DNA of 64,000 nucleotides from Adineta vaga (lineage: Eukaryota > Animalia > Rotifera). Within the stretch, counting starts at the first letter, position 1; every line of letters begins with the position of its first letter. The stretch lies in NCBI GenBank assembly GCA_021613535.1, contig CP075493.1, positions 6,076,001 to 6,140,000 of the forward strand, read 5' to 3'. The notes under the pieces are model-generated. The model saw nothing but the letters and a program-made list of their open reading frames with translations, had not been told where the DNA came from and did not search any database. Positions 1 through 15,900 of this stretch are shown in pieces. Position numbers and translations under genes: made by a program.

Positions 1-390
1 TAATTTATTATCAAAATAATATGATAGATAAAAAACTTTATTTTTCATTTATTTTTCATTCTTGACCAAAGTCAAACAGGTGTGCTCATATCAAATCAAT
101 GACTCATAGTTAAGCAAACAAAACAAACATACATTTTTGCTTCATTCACAAACATTTCACACTCACATGTCATTGAAAAAAAACAAGTAGCAATGAAAAT
201 TACATCGTTTTCAATCTTTTTTCTTTTAGTAGCTAAACAAAAAAGTTCTAGTTCCAAAAACTTTCTATATTCATATCAATAATTTTGATCGATTCATCTA
301 GAAATGATCGAACTGACTGACCTTGGTTTATAATTTTCACTTCTTGTTTTCTTTCTAGAAAAAAAACTTTCCTAATTATAAAACAAGACG

Positions 391-2058
<1,668 letters not shown>

Positions 2059-2924
2059 AACAATAACGATGTCATGTTCACCTTCTTTTTCTTTTTCTTT
2101 TATCGCGATATTCCAATAATATAAAACTGGGCATTCTTGTCGTTTCAACCATCCAAAAGGATTGATTTATTATTAATATTTTTTTTTTGTTCTGGCTGCT
2201 ATTTTCTTTTTTTTTCAAATAAAACCTATAAATATTCATTCTAATTTTTTTGTCTTCTTCTTCTTCTTCTTTTTCTTTTTTTCGTTGACAGTATGTTTAT
2301 GTTACTTTTGGGTTATGATCAAATTAACTCTTAACAAACTGTACACTGGATGGTTCTCATTCTTTTTCTTTTTTTCTGTATGCGCAGGTTTATTCGATAT
2401 CTCCTATGTTATTTTCTTCCTGTGATATACTTACACAGTATAAAATGAAAAGAACTATACTATCCTTTCCCTTTTTATTAGAAGTTTTTCATCTTTCTTC
2501 TCTTGCTTAGCGACAGACGATGATGACAGTATTGATAGTGATTCTTTGTCACTAACGAAAACAAAAGTTGTCTTCTTTATATGTTTGATAAGGGAATCTT
2601 TCGTACGAATCGACGAAAGTGGTATGACGTCTTTTGATTTTAAGGTTGTCAATTAAATTGTAGATCAAACATTGAAATGTTATGACAACTCGAGCAGTTT
2701 TGAGAGAAATAAATAATAACAATGGTAATACATACAAGAAGAGAGAAAGGAATGTCGGAAGAATAGAAGCGCAAACTTTTTTTTTTCAATCTGATGTAGA
2801 ACAAAAAAAAAGAAAAAGAAAAATCTTAGAAGAACATATATGAAATGTCTTTAGATGATACTCATATTACATTTCTTGTCGTATCAAAAACAGATTTCAT
2901 ATTTTTTTAGTCAATATTTTCATC

Positions 2925-4358
2925 ATGGGTCATCTACTTTCTTGTGCTAATATTCGATTGGGAACACGAATAAGTGAACCAGTTGAAAATCGAATTCCTA
3001 TTCATCATAAGTGTCGAAATTGTGGACGAAAATGTGATTCATCAAGTCCTTCGAATACATGTGCTCATGCGAAATATACACGAACTGGTACAAAAGAACA
3101 ACCAGCAATAATTCGACCAGTTATACCAGATGATAAAGTTCCATGGTCAACACAATTCGATTATAATCCAATTGAATTTACATCTGAAAAAGTACTTAAA
3201 TCAACAAAAGAATATGTCGATCGAGATCCAAGAAAAGATCCAAATGTTATCATTCCATGGAATTCCGATGATCGTCTATGTGATCGACGATCATATCATG
3301 GAATATATAATGTTGTTCGAGGTGTACCACAAAATCCTTGTGGACGAACAGGAATTACTGGACGAGGACATCTCGGTAAATAATTAGAATGATGGTGATG
3401 ATGAGAAAAAAATGTTTTGTATATTTATATATATTTTTAGGTCATTTCGGACCAAATCATGCAGCCGATCCCATTGTCACACGTTGGAAACGTGATAAAA
3501 ATGGTGGTGCTAAAATTATTCATCCTAATACTGGAAAAGCGATTTTACAATTTGTTTGTATTCGTCGAAAAGATACAAATGAATTGGCTGTTCCAGGTGG
3601 TATGGTCGAAAAGAAAGAGAAAGCGACTGAAACATTACGACGCGAATTCCATGAAGAAGTATTAAACTTTCCTGATTTAGATGAACATGAAAAAGATAAG
3701 TTATTATCAACAATAAAAGATATTTTTGAAAATGGTGGAACAAGAATCTACTGTGGTTATGTCGATGATCCAAGGTATGTAATTCACCATTTCTCGAAAG
3801 CTATTCAATACATTGTGTTATACTTCATTTTTCAAGAAATACCGACAATGGTTGGATGGAAACAACCGGTAAGTTCATCTCAAAAAAAGTTATTAAAAAC
3901 AACGAATTTAGAATGCGTCAGTGAATGAATTCTCGGCGAAAAACAGAAATCCACTGTTGTTATTGCAGACATAGCTGAAATAATCAAATATCTTATCGAC
4001 GAAATATTATCTTTTAAAAATAGAATTTCATATACACTGTATTCACCAAAATAGCATCGTTTTTCTACAAGATTGCAACGAGCGTCCTAGAATCTGAGTT
4101 TATACTTGAACGATATTTTATAATATTCACAAAAAATAGTCGATCGATAATGCATATAAATTTATGAAATCTTTTTTTTCTTTTTCAGTCTACAATTTTC
4201 ATGATGATAATGCTGAACATCTTGCATTAATCAATGTAAATGCTGGTAGTGATGCAACAGATGCATTCTGGGAAGATCTTGATTCTAAAATGCCATTGTT
4301 TGCAAGCCATGCAGATTTTCTTCGACGAGTAGCTGCTCTACGTGATTCACATTGGTAG
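2925..4358 (+). CDS. NUDT9: ADP-ribose pyrophosphatase (NUDT9 family), 4 exons including a 32-nt exon
   Basis: Exons 2925-3375, 3441-3774, 3837-3868, 4189-4358. Motifs [32 protein letters not shown], Nudix box VPGGMV..LRREFHEE, YVDDPRNTDNGWMET, AGSDA, LFASH. Confidence 0.95.
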
Positions 4359-4759
4359 AAAGCATTTACATCGATCTCATTTGCTTGATTAATCATTATA
4401 ATACTCTCAAGATGTTTTCTTTTAAAGATAGTTGTTCGAAGTCTATTTTTTCCTGCCAATTAATTTAAACATATTTGTGTGTCTGTCAAAAATACTGTTA
4501 ACGAATTGAATTTTAATTATTCTTTTTATAATTCTGTATAAAAGAAAATCTAGACAAATAAAATTTTTCAATTCAACTGATTCGTAATTTCTATCTATCT
4601 GCTTTTCTTTTGTCACCAACTGAATTCGTCCAATAGACGAACATTTCAATGAGTCATCGATTTTCACTCTTTCTTTGTTTAACTGTTCGTTCGTTGAACA
4701 AATAATATCACAACGAAATATCGAAACATTTTTCACAAAACAAAAATATCTTACAAGTA

Positions 4760-7102
4760 ATGACAAATATCGGCATGTTAACACCAGATCGGTTTCATAT
4801 GGAACGAAGTAGAATGTTTTCATTAATAGATTTTCTATTTTATTCTACATTTTCTCTTAGGCCATAGTCTATTTGACGTTCCTCGACGATTATTTTTGAA
4901 TCCATTCGATATCGATAATGATGATGATGATAATAATAGAAATTCACCATATACAAATCGGTTTGGTCCATGTGATGAAGCAGTATCTTCAACGAAGAAG
5001 AAACCAAAAGCATGGTCAGTACGTGCACGACGTGATGAACCCAATCTTTTACGTGGAGATAGGTAAGGAAAAGAAAACAATTCGATGTAGACAAATATAG
5101 TCATAGATAAAATTATTTAGATTTATTCCACGTCGAATTGATCTTGATTGTGATTATGCACTTGATTCACTTGTTGCACGAAATCTTCAGATAACTTCAC
5201 GTATTATATCTTCTAATCATGGTCAAATAGTATCTATTGATCAGCAGCAACAGCAACAAGTAATTCTTCAACAACGTCGTGTACAAAAACGCACAAATCA
5301 ACAAGTTCAAACAACTTCATCACGGAAAACACTCGAATTACTTGAACATTTTATGCCACAGAATCGACGAATTTATAATTTTGGTGTAAAAACACTCAAA
5401 CCACGACCTATAGGTATTATTTAAATCTATTCAAACTAAGATTCAATATTATCTTTTCATTCAGATCCCAGTGATCTTGCTCGACAAATTGAAGCATTAA
5501 CAATTACATCGAAAGAACGATATATCAGTTCAACACCCGAACGTATTCTTGATGCACCTGATTTAATCGATGATTTTTGTAATGGAAATAATTATTCAAA
5601 CTTTCATTTATTCTATTCTTTTTTTATATAGATTTAAATTTAATTGATTGGGGTAAACCAACAAATATGATTGCTGTTGCTTTAATGAACTGTGTTTTTC
5701 TTTGGGATGATAATTCTGGTAATGTAACAAAATTACTTGAACTTCAAACACCTAATAATACCAATGATGAATATGATGATGATGAACAAGTACATTATGT
5801 TTCAAGTGTTGCATGGCATAATAAATCACCATATCTTGCTGTAGGTACATCCTACCAACAAGTTCATATTTATGATGTTAATCAACAAATATGTAAACGA
5901 AAATTAATCGCGGAAAATACACTGGATGATGATGATAGAATACCATGTTTAGCATGGAATCAAAATATAATTGCATGGTAATTATTCTTGTTTTTTTCCT
6001 TCATCTTTGTAGATTTTTAAAATTCTGATATTCATCTTCATCGGGATTTTAATCTTCCTAGTTACGAAATCAGTTCTACTCATTTATTCAGATAGGTTAA
6101 ACAGTCTGTCATTCGGAAATGTCGAGTGCGATCTGACATATGAAGAGAAATTAATATATAACAGAACTTTTTAAAATATATGTTTGTTGACATTTTTTTA
6201 GTGGAACACGTAATTCAGGTGATATTCTTCTCTATGATGTACGACAAAGAGATTGTATTATTAAATTTCAAACACATCGTCAAGAAGTTTGTGGCTTAAA
6301 ATGGTGTCCGAATGGACGTTATCTTGCTAGTGGCAGTAATGATAATACTGTATGTGTATGGGATTTTCATCAATGGTATTCAACAAGTGGAACATCAGGT
6401 AGTTTTTCGTCACTCTTACCGCCAGCTGATGGTGATACAAAGAAATCAAATGTTCCAACGAAACCTTTATGGCATTTTAAAGATCATAAAGCAGCTGTTA
6501 AAGTAGGTTGACGTATTTATTGATTTAGTATTTTCTTTTTGTTCTTTATGTACATAGGCTATTGCATGGTGTCCATGGGAAGGTTCAAAAGTATTAGCAA
6601 CCGGTGGTGGCCATTCGGATGGTTATTTACGTTTCTGGAATAATAGTAATGGTACATGTCAACAAGCAATTAAAACAGATTCACAAGTATGAGAACTAGA
6701 AATAGTTCTTAGTTCTATTTATAACTTTTTTTTATTTTACAAAAGATTTCTTCCATACTTTGGTCAACTGATTATAAACAAATTGTCACTGGTCAAGGTC
6801 ATCCAAATAATTTCATTCATATTTGGCATTATCCATCGTTGGAAAAATGTCATACATTACATGGTAAATACGACGATTATGTTATTTATTATTCATAAGA
6901 GAATATTCTTCTATTTGAAGGTCATACATCACGTATTCTATCATTAATCATGGGTCCAAAAGGCAATCCAGTTGTGAGTTTATCAGCCGATGAGACAATT
7001 CGATTTTGGAATTGTTTTCCGGTTGATGTTCAACGAAAGAAAAAACTAGAAATGACACGCACACATTCTTATCCAACAAAATTAAATTTCAATTGTCGAT
7101 AA
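4760..7102 (+). CDS. CDC20: Cdc20/Fizzy-family APC/C co-activator (WD40)
   Basis: Exons about 4760-4808, 4861-5062, 5121-5413, 5465-5578, 5632-5977, 6202-6502, 6558-6686, 6746-6863, 6921-7102. C-box DRFIPRR spans an intron; also PERILDAPDLIDDFYLNLIDW, HRQEVCGLKW, HKAAVKAIAWCPW, SADETIRFW. Start codon less certain. Confidence 0.9.
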
Positions 7103-9472
7103 TGATTATTATTATTACTATTAATATTTTCCTGGAATACTCTACTTTTCTTTGTCTAAAATAGATTCTGAAATACATAATGAAATTAACTAAGTTCATA
7201 CAGTAGAAAAGTCAAAATCGAGTTTATTTGTATTCTAAATTGATTGATTTTCAAGACAAAAAGAATATGCTGATCATTACTAAAACAATCTTTGAAGCAT
7301 AAATTCATTCTTATGATTTGAAATGACATATTCAGAAGAAGAAAAAACTTTGGTTCACAGACAAGTATGACTCTTTTAAATAGGAAATATAGTAGATATA
7401 AGTTCGTGTCTGATGAGCTAAGGCATGCCGAAAGATAATTGACATAAATTAATATATCTATATACGCAAAATTTTGACATGTTGAATGATATTCAGTTGG
7501 TTGTGCGTTGTAATATTATTGATTGATCGATGGATCGACAAATACAATGTAATTAATCATTTTCATTCGAGTTTTCTTTTGATTATCCTCTAGACAAATT
7601 CTATTTTCATGAATAATAAATATTCACCTTGATAATCATGAACTCAAGTCTTCGGAAAAAACAAAAACTAACTGAATAGTCAATTCACAGCTGGTTTACA
7701 TAAGAAAATGAATATAAACAGTATTGACGTCGATCGATCTTGATACGTCATTCTTCCTCTTAGCGTTCTGAGAGTTCTTTTTTTTATCAATCATTATTAT
7801 TCACTAAATAATCATAAAGAAAAGCAACTATTCATTCATTCATTCATTCAAACATTGTTTCCGCATCTACATAAGTGTATAAAGATTCTTGTTTAACTTC
7901 GATTTTTCTACTGAAATGAATCAAATTACACATGTGTCAAAGTTTTCAAATGTGTTCCATCAATAAATAAGAAACACATTATCTCAAGAAAATGAAAAGT
8001 ACAAAAAACCGTATGTCAAGTGCAATTCAATTAACATTGTGTATTGCGTTTTATTTACATCAGCATAAGACTATGAAAGGAAATAACGGCTTAATAAAAA
8101 AAAAAGAAGAAGAAGCGTAGAATTCCCAGTGTACTATTGTGTGCTAAGATAATAGGCCTTTTCATTGCACAGATTCATCAACAATAACAGCGATGACGAC
8201 CTTCACATGCACTAAGATTGTTAGCATTGCACTCGTCTACTAAAACTTTGAAGATCTTTGTAGAACGTAATACACGTCATACTCTCTTTTCTTTACTTAT
8301 CTATCGTGAACAGAAAACGTGTTCTCATTGAATTTTCTGATGGAGAATATTGACTAGAATTTCTTCAAGTAATTTCAAATAACTACGACAGCTGGCCAAT
8401 ATTCATGCATGACAAACTCAACGCTACGTAACTAACTGTTATCACACATGAAATATCATGTTCGAATAATAGTAGTAGCGATATGGTTATATTTTTCATA
8501 CATTAAAAACAAAAACAAAACCACAGAATAGTTCTTTGCGATCTGCATGTGTTGATGAGAAGGTTTAATAGTTCGTCTCTTTTTTTCCAAAACAACGTCT
8601 ATTTTCGTTGTTCTAACGAACGAGTATAATTAATATTTTCTCATTTTTCTTTTGTCTCCCAAAACAATCTATATTATTCCTTTCTCATTTGTTAATTCTG
8701 TGCGATACATTTCTCTAGAGTTAATTTCCATTAGGTTGCATCGATATAAACTTGTCAAAAGAACAAATTCGATGTTAAACAAGAGTACATCTCAATTAAT
8801 ATTGTCGAAGAAAACGATAAAAATATGACCTATTTTTTCGAAATGAACTTGATTTTAATTATAATGACGTATAAACAATCGAAAAAACAAGAAAAAGAAA
8901 ATTAATGTCATTTTCGTAAACATATGAGAACAAACTTCTAGGTTGGTCTGTTTTTTCCATTAGTTCTTCAGATGTAATCATATCTGTAAAGGAACAAAAG
9001 TGAGTATCATATTTCTACTCTCTTCTTCTTCTTCTTCATGTTTTTTTGATTAGTGAGAAAAATATACGTTTGAAATTTCTTGCTAACTGTAAAGTCTTGT
9101 AGTTGAAGAATCTATATCGATTAAAACACTTATGAGCAGAAGCTGTCTTCTTTTCTTTGTTTTTGATGAGAAGAGTAGGAGGAATCGATGTATCCTCATG
9201 CATGTCAATGAAGAAGATGTTCTTCGTTTCTCTATAACGTCGACTTCGCCTAGACGCCTACATTTTGCTTTCTTCTTTATTATTGTGCTGCTTAAATACA
9301 TCAGATAATTTTCAAAGAAGATAAGCATATGATCACATCGACTGATGTTTTTTTTCTTCCGATCTATTATAAATTACAAAATTTCGTTAGTAACAACAAC
9401 TGTTCTCTCTTTTGATACAATTATGTAAAGCAAAAAAGAATCTAATAAGAGCTTTCTGTTTTAGAATAACAA

Positions 9473-12157
9473 ATGAATACTTTTAATACAACTTTATCAT
9501 CTGATCAAATTCTTTCTCCTATTGAATGGGCATGGTCATTGAGAACAATAATTGTATCAATCATTTGTGGTTTAATTACTCTTGTTACCATATTAGGTTC
9601 GTAGAAATCGTCTTTATATTTAATAAAAGAATCAATTGATCTGTTTTGTAGGCAATGGTCTAGTTTTACTTTCAGTAAAATTTCGTTTACATACTCGATC
9701 GTATTCAGATTATTTCATAGTTAGTTTATGTTTAGCAGATTTTTTTGTTGGTTTATTTGTTATGCCATTGATGACATTACATTCAATACAATTACGTTGG
9801 CCATTTCATTATCGTCTTTGTTATATATGGATGTCAATTGATTTTACTTGTTCAACCGCATCTTTTCTTACACTTGCTTCGATGGCATTAGACAGATATT
9901 ATGCATTGACAGGTATTCATTTCCGTCCTTTAATTTTTTGATATTTTATTTGTCTTCTACTGGTTTTTCTAGCACCTTACTTTCATTTACGAAATCGTTC
10001 CTATGCATCGGTATTAATCTTCATTATTAGTTCATGGTGTATACCATTTGCTATATGGCCAACTTCCATCTTTCTCGGACATTATTTTACTTCGAATGAA
10101 CCAAGTTGTGCTCATCCTGCTCATCCTTATGTTATCGTCATATTATGTTCATTTTTTTACTATATACCTCTTCTATTTATGTTATGTTGTTATTCAAGAA
10201 TTATAGTGAATATCAAAAATATCGAAGTTATGGTAAGAAAAATCTCAGTTATATTACGTCGCCTAGTAATTTGTTTCTCTATATAATTTCCTTGGAATTA
10301 AATCCTGAATAATTCTATATGATGATTATTAATACCAAAAACTAATTATATCACCTGATTAATTTAGTTCGAAGAAAAAATCCTTTTATCTAGATGAATA
10401 CAAAGATCTGAAGAATTTGTAGACTGTAATTATATTTATATATATACATGTAAATCACGAACTTTTCTTTTTATTTAATTGAGCGTCAATCGTTCGAACT
10501 AATTAACCTGTTTCTTTTCTTCTTGTTTCGATGCTAAATAATAAATTGGAAGATAGCCACTAGTCTGATTCCATTTAAAATTCTGGTATATTTTCAATCA
10601 GTTGAAATGAATAGAATAACTAGGGCATAGATAAAATCAAATGACGTCGAAATATTATTTTTAGTAAACGTGTTACACATTCGACGAATGATGAAAAATT
10701 AAAGATTAGCAAAGTAATATAATTATTTAGATAGACTTATGTTTCATACTTATAAATTAGAGCACGATTATTTCCTTATTAAAATATTCATAGATCAAAG
10801 GAACTTGGGGGACAATTAAATACAATCCAACGGATCAGAGTTATGGTCGAACGTTAAGTAATGATAAACATAATCTTATAACAACATCATCATCACAATC
10901 AACTTCTTCATTACGTTCACTTCTTGTAAGATATTTTCAACGAAATTCGACGAAATTTCCACCACAAAATTCAATTCATTGTGGTAATGAAAGTCCATAT
11001 AACATACCAACAAATTCCTTGCATAATCGCTGTATTCGACGAGATACTGTATGCAATTATGGAATGACATTAAATACATTATCACCTACTCATATTCATC
11101 GCTCCAATCGACATCCAACAACAGCAACATTTACAGGACAAAAACGGTGTTTAAATGACGTAATGGAAGAAACACGATCTAAACCTGAATCAATTATCAA
11201 TCAAGAAGATGATCTAGTTCGCACTCGTCTTAGTACACGTACATCATCATTACCTGCAGCTCGATGTGTTTCATATTATTATCATCAAAATTCAAATTCA
11301 TCTCAAGCAAAAATTCTCGAAGATCAATCTCATTCACAATATAATTCCGTATCAAATGAACGAAGTCGTTCGCATTCACATTCATCAAATCAAAGTATGG
11401 GTATCAATGGTGGTATCGTTACAACAGATGTTTCTGAACATAGTTCATCATTTGATAATACACATGATGATGATCATCGTCGTTTGAATCGACGTAGTGG
11501 TGTGCCCTCACATACAACGACATCCTACAATTCAAGTCGATATAGTCAACGTGCAGTAGCACAATTTATGCATGAAAGAAATAAAGCTAGATTACGACGT
11601 AATCAAAAAGCAAGTCGAATGTTAGGTAGGATTTGTTGTTTTATTTCTTTTGCACTCAGTGAGCTCTCGAAAACAACGGAAATTCTTCTGCTAAGAGATA
11701 TGAGCATCAATATAATTCCTCTTAGTCTTCTCTATAGAATAGAAGAACAATTATGAGAAGTTCATAAACTTATGCCGGATGTGACGTTAAATCATTAAAA
11801 ATATAAGTATCGATGGGATGATCCTATGATGTATTTATTACCAATTCAAAAGTTCGAAAATAGAAAACAATGAGAGAATATCTATTGTCTATTTCAGGTA
11901 TTTTACTTGCTGTATTTCTTATTTGTTGGCTTCCGTTTATAGTCTCTTATCCTACAATGATGTTTCATCCAGGAAAATTTTCTCCTGAACTTGAAAGTAT
12001 TATCTTCTGGTTTGGTTATGTCAATTCTTTACTCAATCCGTTTCTATATGTATATAGTTCACGAAATTTTCGTAAAGCTATTATGGAAACATTATGTTGT
12101 TATAAACGATTGAAATCACGAGAACATTTACGATATCAATGGTCATTACGAAATTAG
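9473..12157 (+). CDS. Class A aminergic GPCR (histamine H1/muscarinic-like) with long third intracellular loop
   Basis: Exons 9473-9596, 9652-9912, 9973-10232, 10794-11625, 11898-12157. TM1 GN, TM2 SLCLADF, TM3 WMSIDFTCSTAS..DRY (Asp3.32 present), TM6 FLICWLPF, TM7 WFGYVNSLLNPFLY. Confidence 0.92.
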
Positions 12158-12978
12158 ACAGTTTAACTGTCATGAAAAGACTTGTGACTTTGTTGTTTTC
12201 CTGTAAATTTTCTATAAAATAAATTCTTTTAATCCTAATAGTGTACAGACAGATAATATTTGTTTTTGTTCATTTTTATTCTGGGAGAAAATGTCAAGTC
12301 AGCATCATAATGAGTATTCTATATTCATAATGAGAAAAACTAGGTTAGCATGTCTCATATTCGAATTGACATCAACAGGTGTAGATTCGCATAGCACTCT
12401 TAATCTTCTTCAAAATAGAGTATTATTTCTGCATGAATATTATTTAGTACTGAATAGATGCTAATCAGTAAGGCTGAACGGATTAAATAAAAAAAAAGAA
12501 GTATGTCCTTGAAAATGCTAAGATAATATTAAAAAGAAATTGAATTTAATTGCTTCTGCGAAATATGAATATCTTCTATGTTAAAGTTATTAAGATGATA
12601 ATTATAACCGTAAAAAGACTATGGTATTGAAAAATGATGCTGAATTCTTCAAAGAACTTAAGAATTTGAGATTCGAATTCATTAATATATGAACATCTGA
12701 TTGTTTAACATCATAGCTTCATTTTCATCTAGAAATTTTGTGATGTAAAACATTGATCTATTAATAATAATAAGAAAACATATTCTTCCTGTCCATCGTC
12801 TAGTGACTCGTAGGAAGAGGGCGCTAATAAAATATAACGATAAGTGTCAACTCAAACCAATACATGAAAGATACATCGATGTATGTATTTTTCTAAGAAC
12901 AAAATCTTCTTCGACATAAAAAACGATTAAATGGCACCAGATTAATTTTTATAAGAATAATAATCCAAAAAAGAAACA

Positions 12979-15900
12979 ATGAGTGAATATAATGCTGATA
13001 TACGACATGATGAATGTTGTGGACTATCAAATAATGATGATGAAAATGATGATATATTTGATGATTTAGATGATATTAATGATTCAGAAGTATGAACCGT
13101 TTTTTCTTCAATTTTCTTTTTGTTTTAATTTCTTTATTAACAAAATCAAATAGGAAGATCATCGTTTGATTACAGTTGGTATTTGTGCTCAATCGAAAAA
13201 AATTAAAGCCAAACCAATGGAAGAAATTCTTCATCGTTTAGAACACTTCGAATTTCTTCGTATAATCGTCTTTACAGAAACAACTATACATGAGAAACCT
13301 GTAGACGAATGGCCATTTTGTCATGTATTAATTAGTTTTCATAGTAAAGGTTTTCCACTTGCTAAAACGCAAGAATATGCTCGTCTTCATCGACCATTTC
13401 TCATAAATGATCTTGATAAGCAGTGGTATATTATGGATCGTATTAGAGTTCATGAAATCCTAGAAGATACTGGTATTCCACAACCTCGATATGGTGTACT
13501 TCGACGACAAAAGAATGATGGTTTGTTATGATCTAGAGATAACTATTGATTTTATTGATATTTTATTAGATAATACATGGACGACAGTATCCAATGTTAT
13601 TGAACAAGATGATCAAATTGAAATTGACGGTGAAATATTTCATAAACCATTCGTAGAAAAACCTGTTTCAGCAGAAAATCATGATGTCTATATTTATTTC
13701 CCATCATCAGCTGGTGGTGGATCTCAAAGATTATTCCGCAAGGTAAGATCTTATGGATGAAAAGCTTTACTCGATAAAAAATTCTGATCACTTTTCGACT
13801 GTTATTTGATACAAAGTCAATTTTTTGTTGTTGTTATTGTTTAGATTGGTAGTCGAAGTAGTGTTTATACATCAGAAAATAGTATTCGTAAAGATGGTTC
13901 ATATATTTATGAAGAATTTATGCCAACAGATGGTACCGATGTGAAAGTATAGAAACTAGATTTTGATCAATTGATTCATTGATTCCTTGTTTTTTTTCAT
14001 GTAGGTATATACAGTTGGTGCTGAATATGCACATGCTGAAGCTCGAAAATCACCTGGTCTTGATGGTAAAGTTGAACGAGATGAATTTGGTAAAGAAGTA
14101 CGTTATCCTGTTATATTACGTGCTGATGAAAAATTGATTGCAATGAAAATATGTTTGGCATTTAAGGTAATTAATTTCAAATTTTTTACTCATCTATATC
14201 AATTGTTATTTCGATATTTAGCAAACAGTCTGTGGTTTTGATTTACTTCGTGTTGAAGGCAAATCATTTGTTTGTGATGTTAATGGATTTAGTTTTGTTA
14301 AAAATAGTACAAAATATTACGATGATTGTGCTTCCATTCTTGGGTAAGAATATCTTTTGTGCTAAGAAAAGTAAAGAAGATCTGTTTCTTTGTTTTTAGC
14401 CATATGATTATGCGTGAATTAGCACCGACATTATCAATTCCATATCCATTAGCTTATCAACCTGAAGATCCACCTTATGTACCAACAGCATTTGGAACAA
14501 GAATGGAACTTCGATGTATGATTGCTGTGATTCGACATGGAGATCGAACACCCAAACAGAAAATGAAAATGGTCGTTCTACATCCTTTGTAAGAGATCAC
14601 GTTTTTGGTTCTATTTCTTCGAATTGGAAGATTTTTGAATGTTTGTTTTCTTAAGATTTTTTCAATTATTCGAAAAATACAATGGTCCAAAAAATGGTCA
14701 TTTGAAATTGAAACATCCGGGTCAACTTCAAGTTTGTTAAGATTAATATAAACGATTTTTATTTCGAAGATCATATTTAGGAAGTTCTTGATATTGCTCG
14801 AACATTGCTCAAAGAATTAGACGATGATGGATTGACAGTAATAATCAATATCAGTCGTTTGAAGAATATATCACTTTATCTTTTGTTAGAGACTTCCAAA
14901 TTCATCAGAAACAAGAGGAAAACTACTCCAACTTAAACAAGTATTAGAACTATACGGTCATTTTTCTGGAATAAATCGTAAAATACAATTAAAATATCTA
15001 CCAAAAGGTCCACCAAAAAAGTCCAGCAGTGAAGATGGTGAGAATCTATTAAAATACATTCGTTTTAGAAGAGAATGATTGAATTCATCTTTTAATTTAG
15101 AATTCAATGATTTGCCATGTCAACCATCGTTACTCTTAGTTGTTAAATGGGGAGGACAATTGACACAAACAGGCAAAAATCAAGCTGAAGCTCTTGGCAA
15201 AGTATACTCTCGTTTTAATTCATGTTCAACCTTTCATTTCAATTTCCTTTTTAGGAATTTCGTAAAATGTATCCAGGTGGTCAAGGTGCTGGTGGCGATC
15301 GGCCTGATGTCGGTCTTCTTCGTTTGCATTCAACATTTCGACATGATTTGAAGATTTATGCATCGGATGAAGGTCGTGTACAAATGACTGCGGCCGCATT
15401 TGCTAAAGGTCTTCTTGCTCTCGATGGTGAATTAGCTCCTATTCTTGTGCAAATGGTTAAAAGTGCTAACACAAATGGTTTACTTGATAATGATGTTGAT
15501 TCAACTAAAGAACAACAAAAAGTGAAACAAACATTACATGATCATCTTGCTAAAGATCGAGATTTTACTCAAGAAGATTATGATAAAGTTTGTTGGAAGA
15601 TATTTTGAAGTAGAATAAAGTTTCATCTTGTCTTTTCTTCTAGATAGCACCCACTCGATCACGATCATTTACCACTTCTATGGATTTCATCAAGAATCCA
15701 GTAGTTGTTTGTCGAAAAATTCTTGAATATATTCATGAAATGACAGTACTTATTCGAACACATATATTTAAAGGTGGTTCAGGTATGTGTTTTTGAAAGA
15801 GAAGAGAGAAATAAAAATAATTCTATTTCTCTATTTTAGACACACTTTTTCATTCGGAAACTTGGGATTTATGTTTAAGACGATGTAATATCTATTCACG

